NCBI GenBank assembly: GCA_043228905.1
Contig: JBHGNT010000007.1
Coordinates: 16,244,001-16,308,000, forward strand
DNA from: Azolla caroliniana
Taxonomy: Eukaryota > Plantae > Polypodiophyta
Length of the DNA: 64,000 bases
Direction: 5' to 3'
The notes under the pieces were generated by a model. The model worked only from the letters and a program-made list of their open reading frames with translations. It had not been told where the DNA came from and did not search any database. A program made the translations under genes and the position numbers. This document shows, piece after piece, positions 1 through 12,200 of the stretch; the first letter of the stretch is position 1; the number at the start of each line of letters is the position of its first letter.

Positions 1-40
1 TCCTACAGGATCGAATTGTAATCCATGATCACAGAATGGA

Positions 41-495
41 TTAGGGATGCCCCGATCTACAGGGCGACGAAAACGTCTTGGTATTAGTAATTGTTCTCTT
101 CCCCATCCTTCCCATCTCCATCGCCATCCCCATGCTTCCCTCTCTTCTCTGATGTTCCTTTCTTCTTCTCCCCCTGATCTTGATGGCGATGAGAGCGATC
201 AAGTAACAACCTGCGGTGAGGCACAACATTGCGGCCGTTGCCCCTCCTGAAGCTATCAGAATTATGGTGAGCTTGCTCAAGTGGGCTCGCCTCTGCTTCT
301 TCGCCTCCTTTGCTTCCGTCCTAGAGGGAGTAGAAGGAGAAGAAGGAACCATAACTGAAGATGATGAGTTGTTGTTGCATTGTGTTGCCGTTCCTTGCAA
401 TGGCGTCCCAGACAAGTCTACGTTACCTAGGAAAGAAGAAGCAGAGAAAGCTCCGAGCGAAGGAGGGTTGCTACCACTGAGCCTGTTGAAAGATT
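41..495 (-). pseudogene. Fragment of an LRR receptor-like kinase/protein gene (last LRR, C-terminal cap, Ser/Pro linker, transmembrane helix, basic stop-transfer)
   Basis: Minus-strand translation upstream of ORF 41..415 reads SFNRLSGSNPPSLGAFSASSFLGNVDLSGTPLQ...C, resembling the plant LRR C-cap consensus (SxNxLSGxIP...F...SFxGNxxLCGxPL..C). It is followed by a hydrophobic helix (LTIILIASGGATAAMLCLTAGCYLIALIAI) and KIRGRRRK. There is an in-frame stop just upstream and no kinase domain in the window. Confidence 0.5.
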
Positions 496-959
496 ATAGG
501 AGCATTATGCTGGAGACGAATTCACCGACTCTGACCTGAACGATGAGGAACATTATGCAGAGGCAACATCAGTATTGGAGCTTGACTATGAAGATCATAG
601 GAGCTCAAGGGGGATGAGCAGTGCGATTAGTCGAAGCTCTAACCAACCTATAGGCTGCATTCAGGCAGTGACTATGTTCATATGTCTCGAAGAAGACCCG
701 ATCTTTTCTTCCATAGAACTACCTGCATAGATTAGTACACCAATGGCGATCTTGCATAACGTAACAATTTCTCACCCCAATCAAAATCTGTGCGCATAGA
801 AATCGTTGCCATGGATCCTCAGATGTATAGAGAACGTGGACACGGAAGTACTGAGGGGTTAATTATGGAAGGAACGGATGATGATTATGATGAGTAGATG
901 AGTTGCAAGAATAAGTACCAAGATACCCTCGAAGAATCCCTTTAAGTGAAGAAAATTGT

Positions 960-1118
960 GTTTAAAGGGTATTCTGGTAAATAGGGCTTGGAGAGTTTAG
1001 TGTATAATTACTTTGTGAAGTGTATTTTTTGGACATAGGGGTAGTTTGGTAAATTTGAAACATTCAGGGGTATTCTGGTAAATAGACAAACTTTCAGGGG
1101 TATCCTGGTACTTTTCCC
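960..1118. mobile_element. Probable Mutator/MULE-type terminal inverted repeat (right end)
   Basis: Four copies of a GGGTATTCTGGTA-like motif ending in ...GGTACTTTTCCC (reverse complement GGGAAAAGTACCAGGATACCCC), typical of MULE TIR ends. The partner TIR is not in the window. Confidence 0.45.
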
Positions 1119-2244
1119 TTTTCTAAAAGACTCTCCATTCATTGGTTGTCAATATCGTGATAGTGCATGCATCTATCATTCCCTCTATCTAATCATATAT
1201 TAGTGAATATACACTTCACTTATGTTTTGTAAATAACCTAGCCTCCCCTATGTTATGCATGCATAACAAACATCTCCCTTAGATAAGTGTTAAACTAGAA
1301 GTGTTATTGTATGTGTTGTTTATTCATTTTCTTAATTACTTGTCAGGAATATACAATAGTGTATGGGTGTAGAATCTAGATGCACCTAGTTGACCATTTA
1401 ATGATCTCGGTCTGAACACCATTGATAGTGGCTAGAGTTGATCACCTCTCATTGACATCTATCATGATCTACTAACAATACATGTAGATCACAGAAACAT
1501 TCTCGTTGAATAGTGGATGAGTGAGATGGATGTAAATTGACGATGATGAGTCAACCTTAGCCCCACTCAAATGCCCCCCCCCCCCCCCCCCGACAATACT
1601 CGATCTCAAACCAAAGCTCAACTACCAACAATGTATGGAGTTCGTGTGGTTCACTTTTTGAAGCTATAGCGATTATCACATCATTCATTAATAATACTTG
1701 ATTTGATCATCTTGTTATATAATGTTTCAATTACTTCTCCAATTGAAAGATACAAGAGCAAAAAGCTTGGAGAACTCATTGGAGTTCATGTTTCCCTTGT
1801 CTTAAGAATGCATGGTTAAACATAGAGGTACTTAACACCCTAGGTTCATCAAAAAAATTGGTGGATATCTAAAACAGGCTAATCATGTAACACTACATGC
1901 TAATCTACCCCTCGTCTTTCCAACTCCTTGCCACCTTAGAGACGATATTTCATAACCATACAATATGTTTCATGATCATGAGGATGTAGATAAGCACACA
2001 GCTTGTTCCTAAGTATATGGGTAGTCAATTGCTTGTACCAATGGTCGAGTGTTGACAAGGCTTACATGAAATCCCAAGTTGCTGGAGTTTTGTTTCTCCT
2101 TGGAAGGTTGGGGCACAACCTACTTAAGAGACTTTTTTACCCGAGCACCTCTCTACATTATGTTGAATTACACGCAATCTCGAAAAAGTTGTGCAATGCA
2201 ACGTTAGGGCTTCGATGTTGGCCACTAATCCGCAAAGGCTCATC

Positions 2245-2499
2245 AGAGTCGAATGCTTTTAGGAGTCAAAAGGTCATTAGAATTGAAAGTTCGTAAGAGT
2301 CAAAAGCACCTAAGAGTCGGAAGGTCATTAGACTTGAAGGCTCTTTAGACTCAAAGGTGCATTAGAGTTGAAGGGGAGGCAAAGTCGAAGGCTCTATAGA
2401 GTCGAAGGTAGGTCAGAGTCAAAGGCTCTTTAGACTTGAAGGCTCTTTAGACTTGAAGGCTCCTCAGACTTGAAGGCTTGTTAGAGTTGAAGGTAGCGA
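2245..2499. repeat. 17-bp minisatellite, 15 units
   Basis: Exact 17-nt period: an 11-nt core AGASTYRAAGG plus 6 variable nt (e.g. agacttgaaggctcttt, agagtcgaaggtaggtc). Confidence 0.9.
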
Positions 2500-3077
2500 T
2501 GAGCCGAACAATGAATTATGCATGAGATTAAGATTAAAACACGTAATTGACCCAAAGAACATGAGAATACGAATGGATTTTACAATATTAAGTTCAAATT
2601 ATCCACCTTATAGGCTAAAAATGTTGGATTAAGAAAGAAATTCCCTTTACAAAGTAGGGTTTACAAGATTTTGTGGTAAACGATAACAACGGTGGTAATT
2701 TTTCAAAAATAAAACAAGACTAAGAACCCCGAATTTCACGAAGAAGAAGAAAACAAAACCCAAAGACAACAAGTATAAGGAGGAGGAGGAGAAGAATAAA
2801 TGCAAGCCCATTCGATGTCCTTCTTACCATGCCCTAGCTCTATCATTCAACATTTTTAATATTTGTAGTTAAACTGAATTCCTCCTATGCATTTCCCACA
2901 TCACGGCATCACGATAAATCTCCACATCAATAGTAATCGTATGTACCATCGAGAGAAAGGAAGGTATGTATATAAATTAAGGTCTTTCCAAGAAGGCCAG
3001 AAATGGGCGATTGAGACCAAAGTGAGAGATGTCCGGGTTAAGAATGGAGAACCAACAAAATTTAGCAAACCCAAAGA

Positions 3078-3108
<31 letters not shown>

Positions 3109-3279
3109 AGAAGAGAGTTGACAAAAAATAAAGAAGAAGAAGAAAGAAAATACACAGAGACACACAGAGGGCTTATTTATTCTTACGATTTTGATTAATC
3201 ACGTGGATATATATTATCCACGTTCAAGCCAAAAAGGAGGGAGGAGGAGACGGTCAGAGAGCTTCAGATCCGAGGAGCC

Positions 3280-6200
3280 ATGGCGATGGAGCAAGATCCC
3301 GCTTCCACATCCGCCTCTGCAGCACCCGAAAGACTATCGCCATCGCTAGGTTATCTCCTCCTCCTCCTCCTCCTCCTCCTTAATTGTATGCTATTTTGAT
3401 TTTAACCGACTTAATTGTTTGCCTTTCTGGTAAATGGATGCTCTGATTCCTGCGCTTTCGTGAGAAACCTAGCTGTTGCGTCTTTTGAACGTCTGTTTCT
3501 TTCTTCCTCTTCTGCTTTTTCTGTGTTCATTCGTGAGATTTTCTCTTCTATTATCCGTGCAATTTGGAAGTGTTGCTGACTCTGACATGTGCGAGCTTCT
3601 ACAGAATGGGCTATGTATCACTCTTTTCCAACGTTCAAAACTTTGAAAGCAGAAAGGTCAAGTCTGGTGAACGAGCTGACTTATGCATTACAAAGGAGAA
3701 ATGGATTCTCAAATCGAAATTTGACATCATTATATCTACCATAATCCATCGGTTTCTAAGAGAAACAGATAGTGCATGATAAATCGTTGAAAGTAGATAG
3801 TACATAATCCATCAATTCTCTCAATCACGTTGCCATGTACATCATATCAAATGTTAAGGGATGTTATGTGCATTCCCAAGGGATATTTTGTATACCAGCT
3901 TGGAACACTTCCAACAATGTCATCTATGTCGTTCTGGTTACCGGAGCTTAAAATTCTCGCATTGATTGCTGGTTTAATGCAAACAATAATTTGCAGCTCC
4001 CTTTTGTTGCTGGACTAAATGGGACGTCTCCAATGCAGAAGATTACTGAAGGAAGGAGAATGTTACAAAAGATTGTTTGTATCAGGAAAAAACTGAGCAC
4101 ATTGTTTTGAAGGGTTAGTGATTGAAGAAATGCCCAAATATTCTTCATGCAAGTAAAGCCACTAATCCACATAGGATATGATTGGAATATCCCCTTCCTA
4201 TCTCTGGAATCCCTCGAAATGTCAAAGAAATAAGGGTAGCAAAACATGCTAGACATATGCAAGGTATTGGAACATCTGAAACTGCCATGTGGAGTTTCCA
4301 AAAAGATGGTAGAACATGAATCCGATCACCAATTTAACCAGATTTTCACAGCCTTGGAAAGAAATATATGTTAATGGCCTATGCGATCCAATGAGAGACT
4401 ATGTATTAAAATCTTATAGTCATTTAAGAGACCAAACTGGTCTATGAGACCAAATGAGACAAAAGCATAGAAATATTATATAAACGAAGAAAAAGCTCAA
4501 GTTTGTAGACTCATTAAGGCTTCATTTCATATCCAGGAAGCCTATTGGTCCTCACCAAGGAATCCAAAGTGCCCTGTACTGGGCATCACAGAAATCTGCA
4601 ATTAGACCTAGAAATTTTAACAATTGCTGAATTTCAATTTCGACATCAAAAGAAGTTTATTTGAATAAGAGGAAGTCTTGCTTACAGTACCAAGTTTTGC
4701 ATATTCAAAAAATATGTTAGCACACTCACTTATAGCTTTCATATGATTTTGTGTAGGGCCTAACTTAAACTGACTTTAGAATGCACAGCTTTATAGTTTG
4801 AACTGAACTATATGCATGTTTTTGGAAACAACAATGCATGATAATATGGAGAACCTACAGGCATTTACGAATAGATCAGTATATTTAGCACCATTAATGA
4901 AAGTTTTAAGGAGTTTGGTCACATGTTCATAGATTCTCATTTGACCTTCTAGTTGACATGAGGCAAAATTTGGACTCAGATTTTGCCCTTATAAGAAATT
5001 CCCTGTCATTAATGGACGTATGTGTTGTAGTGGAACTAAAAGTTTAAGAAGACAGTTATCAAAATCATAATATTTCTATTATTAGAAAGATCCGAACGAG
5101 AAGATTTCAGATCACCAAGAATGTCTCAATTTGGACTTATTGCACAAGAGTCATGAAATTTTATCTAAAAAGAAACTCCAAGCCTATCCTGCATATTGAT
5201 TGCCGGAGAGTCATTTTGGAATGTTGGAGAAAGATTGGGTCCAAAAATGACCTAATAACGGGTTTCACCGGTATTTTAAGAGGACAAAATGGTCTATAAA
5301 ACCAAATAAAAGATTACATCTTAAAATATTGTCTCATATTTGAGAACAGCAAACCAAAACAAACGTAAATAAATGAAAAATAAATAGAAATAAAATTAAG
5401 ATGTGGCTATTCACAATTCACAATATATTGTACTTTCTGTCTTTGAAATATCTCTAACATAGATCAATCCAGAATAGAGAGGTCTCCGTAGTGAGGTAAG
5501 CACTTGCGATGGCCGGAGATAATGGATTTATTTGTCAATGGTGGTCCATGAAGCCGGGGCCGACATGCATGAGAAATTGCGATTATCCTATCTATTGTAA
5601 CCCCTTTGTAATGTCCTGGTTGGGAGCCGATTTGTGCAGCTGTTGATTAACTTGTAGCATGAGGAGTGATGGGGCTAAAGAAAGCTGTGATTGTTTTGTG
5701 TTGATAAGCTTGTGTGGCTATGTTCTTCAACAACTTCGCCTTGTGTCTCTTGAGTTCTAGTAATGAAAGCCATTACCTTGTGTAGTGGGCCAAAGCCTTG
5801 CTTAAAGAGGCAATGGTATTTCCCCCTATTTCATAAAAAACAGCACAATGACAAACATAGTGTTCTTTAGATTCCACTCCCTGATGACACAATTGGCAAA
5901 TTCTTTCGTCTAGAGGTGTTCATGCATATCTCCCTACCTCAATCTATAACTAAAGAAGTTCGTAACTGCCCTATCACACTGTGCAGCACATAAGAAAGAT
6001 GTGACAAAAAAATCATTGACCAGTAATTACCAACTAGATATATCCATCCTTAGAGAGATGATCCCATCCCTGAATAGGCTTTGTAAAAAAAATCCCAATC
6101 CTATTACAAGTGTACTAGCTACAGGCCCGATCAGCACAAAGGAATCCTTCCAGTGGTATTTGTCATTTGTACCATCGTCTCCCCTTTACCCTACTTCGTT

Positions 6201-9200
6201 CGGTTCCACTACATGTATCTTACATGAGGATTCGAAAAACCCCGTGAATTTACATGGGTTACTGGCGTAATTCTGGCTGACTAACTGTATCTTTTAGTGT
6301 GACTGGGTATTCTTCACCCTGGGATGAGATTGGTTATTGGGGAGTTAAGATAGTAACTGGTGTACCCGAAGCTATTCCTCTAATAGGATCTTCATCGGTA
6401 GAGTCGTCGCGAGGAAGTGTAAGTGTAGCTCAATCCACACTGACTCGTTTTTATAGTTTGCAACTTTGGTCATGTTTAGATGGGGACAAACCGAACTATA
6501 TTGGAAGGGGGTAGTGTATTTACACTTATGCCATGTGATTCGAACCATGATACCAACAATGAATGTCTCCCTGCTCAGCAAGTTGTTTTGATGACATTAG
6601 TGCAACCTTGAGTACCTTTGTTTAGGGAGTTCCCAAAGCAGTTGATAGTGGTTGCTGGTCGGGATAATGCGTCAATGGTTATTGGGTTATATCATGAGGT
6701 ACTGATGCTTTGCTCCTTATCATATGGGCAATCATCGAGATTGAAGGTCTCTCTAAATCTTTCCAGTTATTTGCCTTGTTAAGACTTGGTCCCCAAGTTC
6801 TACTCCATAGAGAAGAGTGGGTGTGACAAGTTTTTCAAATAGCCACAGTTTAGTTTGTGGCCCTTGAAACTGCAAATCTGAACATCGTCTTTCAAGAGCT
6901 CCAAGGGCTGCATATCCACGAGAAAGTCAAGCACACACAGCCTCCTGTAAGGAGAACTGAGACCCTTTGAATGTTACTTCTAGGTATTTGTAAGATCATG
7001 TGTATGCCACCTTATCCTTTCCCAAGAAGAATTCAGGTTATGATCTTGTTACCCATGCTTGTGTGGTGTTAAACACCATCACTTAGCAGTTTTGTCTATG
7101 TTTATTGTTTGTACGAAATACTTTTAAGGTATTTAGATGTCTTTGTATTCATTCAGGAGTATAGGAGATCAGCACAATATCATTAACGTATATTACTATT
7201 TGTATAGCTACACCTGGTAATCATGCTACTGAACCCCAAATATTTCTATAGTGACACCTCATCTGTGTAGAGACCCAAGAGAGTGGGTTATAGTGGGCAT
7301 CCTTTTTTTATTCCAATTGTGTTAGCGACAGCCTCAAACAACCCATGGGAGTCTGCACCTTTCATGGAACCCCTTCTGAAAGGCTGCCTGTTCAGCTGCC
7401 TCTGCCCATATCCTCATTTAAGAGTTATCTTAAACATAGTCTTATCCTTCTCATCCTTACTTGTTGTAATGCACTCACTGTCTTTTGTCGGAACAACATC
7501 AGAGACATGTGATACTTATTAGAATGAGGCCATGAACACCATCCTTATATTTTTCATGCTATAGATTCTGATTTATAATTTCTAAGCTAATGGAAACATG
7601 GCCTTTTATTTCTACTAGAATATATAAGTGCTCAAAATTTTGGTGTCGAGACCACAATACTTCAAACTAAGTTCATACCTGTATGTGTGTGTTTGCTGTA
7701 TATATACACACGATTTATACTTGTCTGAGATGTCACCCTAGGATGAGATATTGCTTTGATGATATTCAGTTTTTTTCTTATTCTTATAATGAAGTAGAAT
7801 GCGACTGTTTCATTATGCTTTTGCATTATAATTCCAGTAAAGAACCTGCATCTGAAACTTCATGGTGAAGAGCCACACTAAGGCATACTTTACTTAATAT
7901 TGAGTTGTTACAGTAATGACACGTTCAAAAGGAAACATATTCAGTGATTAATGTTTTCAGGGCCTGCCTGATGAACTAATTGTTGATTCTATTTACAGTG
8001 TTTTCTTGGGGAAGAGGAGATCTTGGCCAACTTGGCCTCGGAGATGAATTCGATCGGGATTGTCCAACCTTTGTGACATCTTTCACTAAGAAAGATATCA
8101 TCCATATTGCAGCAAGTGACTTTCATTCTACCTTCTTGACTGGTAAACATCCTTTTCTAAGTTTTATCAGTGTGCTTTGAGTGGTGTAGTTTATTTTCAC
8201 AATGAGTCTGATAATATGTTTACATGGTGCCTCTTGACAAGAATCTATCCCTGAACTGGTTAGGATTCAATGTAACTAACATGTTTCCGTTTTCCTGATA
8301 CCTATTGTCTAGAGAAACTCCATCCCTTGGGTATGATATAACTTAAATAACTTTTGCTATATCCTCAAGATGTTAGCATATAACAAGATGACCTTCTCGT
8401 CTGTATGCATGCCAAGATGTGGAAACCTGAACATTTCATTTCTGAGTTAATAGCACTCCATGCACACACTGATAGGGAAATATATTATATGAGTGCCTAA
8501 GTAATCAGTAAGATATTTATTTCGTTTTGTGGTGGTTCCCAAATATCAAACTAATTATTTCAGCTTCAATGGGCTCCATATTCAAAAGGTTTCTTTTGCA
8601 TTTTCTGATAATGAAAATCTTATTTTATAGAGGCATCATCAATCATTCTATGTATATAGGATAACAAAAGAATAGTTCTATACATTAATAGGCCTTGTTT
8701 AACTTCGATTGCTAAGAACTATTTAAAGGGTCATGTGATACATCGCAAGCAGATTCTATAAATTACAAGCATGAGAGATGCATTTATGCATTACAAATAT
8801 AAAATATCATTGTGTATAGCTTGGGAATCAGATTTCAAATATCCAATGAAATGATGAAATATCTCATCCACAGTACTTTATTAACATGCTTAAGAAAACA
8901 TGCAAAATGGCGTTGCCCAAGCTATGGCCTGTGCCATGTTTTCCGTGCTCTTGTGTGAGAAGAAACCTGTCCTCACCTAAGCAGAAATTCTTAGAGCCTT
9001 CTTCGATTAGGTGATGCATCTGCTTCTTCTTTTTTGGATGCCCAAGGTAGATGATTGCATGTCCTTAGAGTCTGGGAAAAAAAGTATTCTTTCTTCAGTT
9101 TTCTGTACAATAAAACTTCCTACAGGGGCTTCTTGGACATACTAGTTATCAGGAAACATAGGTGCATTTTTAAATATGTTATTAATTTGGGATGTAAGTA

Positions 9201-12200
9201 CTAGAAAAGGGGAACTAGTGATCAAAAGAGTGGAATGTGTCTTATCCTGTGTACGCAGGACATATATAATTAGAGTGACCTTGCTCTAGACAGTTCTTTT
9301 TGGTCCCATGGATAGTTTTATCCCCAAGGATGGCAATATATCATTTTTTATCATCTATTCTGTAGCTTGGGGAGTGATTGTAAACGGAATAATCAAGAGG
9401 TATTTTGTAAGGCTATTCATTATAAATGATGGGTAGAACATTGGTTTCTTGAACTCTTTTGTCAATTTATGGAATTGAATGTAATGTACAGCCGAAGGTG
9501 AACTATATACCACAGGGAGCAATGAATCTGGTCAGTTAGGAATACAATTACATGAAAATCAGCTTTCACCTTTACTCGTTGCATCCTTGGATACACACAT
9601 AATCACTCATGTTGCTTGTGGCCAAGGTCATACAGTTGCTGTAACAGGTAAGGGGCGTTCCATTTAGAAGATTGCATAAACATAGACATCAAAGAAGAAA
9701 TATAGTATCAATTTGATCCTGAACAACCATAGTGCCTGGTGATTTTTTGTATGGCAAGACACTGGTGCCCTTGCAACATGGGGAGCTGCAGAATTTGGGC
9801 AGCTTGGGCAAAATGAAAGTGTAGGGCTTATGAATGTTGCACATCCCCGTATGCTGAAAGGAAGTCGGGAGCTTCATTTTGTTCGGGCTGCGTGTGGAGC
9901 CACACATACTCTGGCACTTACAGGTTCTATTATGCATCTGCTAATCACTTTCCGTTGGTGTGCTACCACAGTTTTCTGTTTACAGTTTTTTTTTTCTCAC
10001 TGCAGGAAGCGGTAGTGTATATTCTTTTGGTCAAGGAACATTTGGTGCCCTTGGCCATGGAAACACAGAGAGTTATAATGTTCCTACCTTCATAGAAGAT
10101 CTTTGGGGTTTCGGAATAGTACAAGTAATATTCTTTATATGTGTTTTAAAATTCCTATTAATATTGGTCTGCTTGATGGAACTCTTTGGAATACTGCCAT
10201 TCTGCTGAGGTTTCTTGACATTTTTTGCATATGCCACTCAAAGATATTTCTGATTGGTTAGTGGTGTGGATTTGGGTTTCTTGCTTCATCCAAAGCAATG
10301 GCCCTGTCCAGGGTGATACCACTTGAACGTGATGAACCATGAGAAACAAACAGTAGTGAACCCAATAGTCTATCTTTATATCTAGTAATCTCTTGTTTTA
10401 TCTCATATAAAAACAATGTTTCTTTTTCTTTTTCTTTTCGTTTAGCTTTTAATAACTCAATCTTGAGAGAGGCATACAACATTGTTTTCTGTTTCTCTTA
10501 TCTCCTTTTTAATTTCCTCTCTTAATGCTCTTTTATATCATCTCCCATAAGATTGATCTCTTGCATAATCAAATGACATAATATATCATCTTTCCCCTCT
10601 TCGACATCAAATGAAGCCTGCATTTTGGGTGCCTTGTGCAAAACTCATTAAAGATTATGAGCTATAAAAGAATTGAATAAATAAAAGCCCAACCTAAGGT
10701 TACTGTTGTTATAAGTGCATATAGGAATTTTTATCATAAGGATTTATTCTGAAGAGAACTATAACAGATTGTATGCTTTACAGTTTTTTTTGTTTTAGCT
10801 TATGTTATTCCTTCAAAATCAATTTCGTTTGTGTATATAAAAGTGGCACGTTCATCCATGTCAATTAATTCCATCCATTCTCAATGCAGATTGCTTGTGG
10901 AGAAAATCATAGTGTAGCGCTATCCATTGATGGTCAGGTAACTCATTCTTTCCTAGTTATCTTTCATAATTTTTGTCTTCCTATTCCAATGATGTTGACA
11001 TTGCAAATGCTTAATACTTTATTAGTTTTATTGAGGTATGAAAATGTTCTAGAAATGACCATTTTCAGTTGAGTAGTGGGCTTTTATGTTGATGGCTCTT
11101 TATTAAGACCTGGATAGTTTAACTTGATGTAGATGAATAGAATGTGAATAAAACATTAATCTACACTATTCTCTTGGAAATGATTGTGTAGTTAGATCAG
11201 GGCACTGAAACATTAAGTTTGAAATTTTTTATTTTACACATCTCTTTATCATATTTTAAAATGATCATTTTCGGTGTAAAAAGTCAATTATATCTTTCTT
11301 TCTGCAATTGCCTAATCTCTGTGTCCCTGCCCTCTGAATTTCATAAAAGAGAGATGATGTAATGGCGTGGTTATATCCAAAACACTAAGGGAGTGGGCTG
11401 AAAAATGGAGAGGAAACCCTAGCTGTGAAAAGTCCCTATCTCATTATGAGAGGTTTGGGACCAATTATTATAGATAAGTAACTTTTAGGTCATTTTCCCA
11501 TGTTCACACACAGCCAATGACCAAACGTTATAAAAATAATGTAAATGCCTATAACCCCTCAACTGGGGGCCAAAGATATAGTAAAAGTATGTCTAGAAAG
11601 CTCTCAAAGAGAGTTTTCACATGGAAGGGTCAAAGAGAGTCCTTGGGGCCTTTATCCCCAATAATCTCCCACTTAAAGGACCAAGGATGCTCCTTTAAGC
11701 TAAGTAACCCCCACCATCTGTATACATAGCTGATGCGCCTTGGGTAGACACTTTGTGAGAGTATTTGCAGGATTCTTTGAAGTATTGACCTTGATCCAAG
11801 TGATTAGGCCATCCTCTAGCACCTCTCTCATGAAGTGGTATCTCACATCAATATGCTTTGTGTGAGCATGAAAAATTGCATTCTTTGCCAAACATATGGC
11901 ACTCTGGCTATCACATCCAAGAATAGGCGCTTTTCAGGCATCCCAAACTCTCTGCACAAGCGGGCTAACCAAATGGCTTCTTTGGAAGCCTCTGTTGGTG
12001 AAGTATATTCAGCCTTTGTAGTAGATAGTGCAACTATCCTCTGAAGTTTAGAGCACCATGAAATATATGGGTTGAATCCATGTCAAGAAATGTTCAATCT
12101 CCCAATGGATTGTTGGAAGCTATGACCAGCATAATAAAGTGATGGTGTTTAACACCAATAAAGCATGTATAACAAGATAAAAACCAGTTTTCTTCTTTGG

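Noticed and set aside
2245-2499. CRISPR-like repeat/spacer appearance
   Set aside because: The core is only 11 nt and the spacers 6 nt, there are no cas genes, and the context is eukaryotic.
2887-3198. Short ORFs on both strands upstream of the E3 gene
   Set aside because: Products of GAA/CTT low-complexity sequence, with no recognisable domain.
3800-4330. Possible hAT transposase remnant in intron 1
   Set aside because: Only vague motif similarity; cannot be supported by eye.
6299-6514. Functional petB gene
   Set aside because: A ~250-bp internal fragment with a stop and frameshift inside a nuclear intron.
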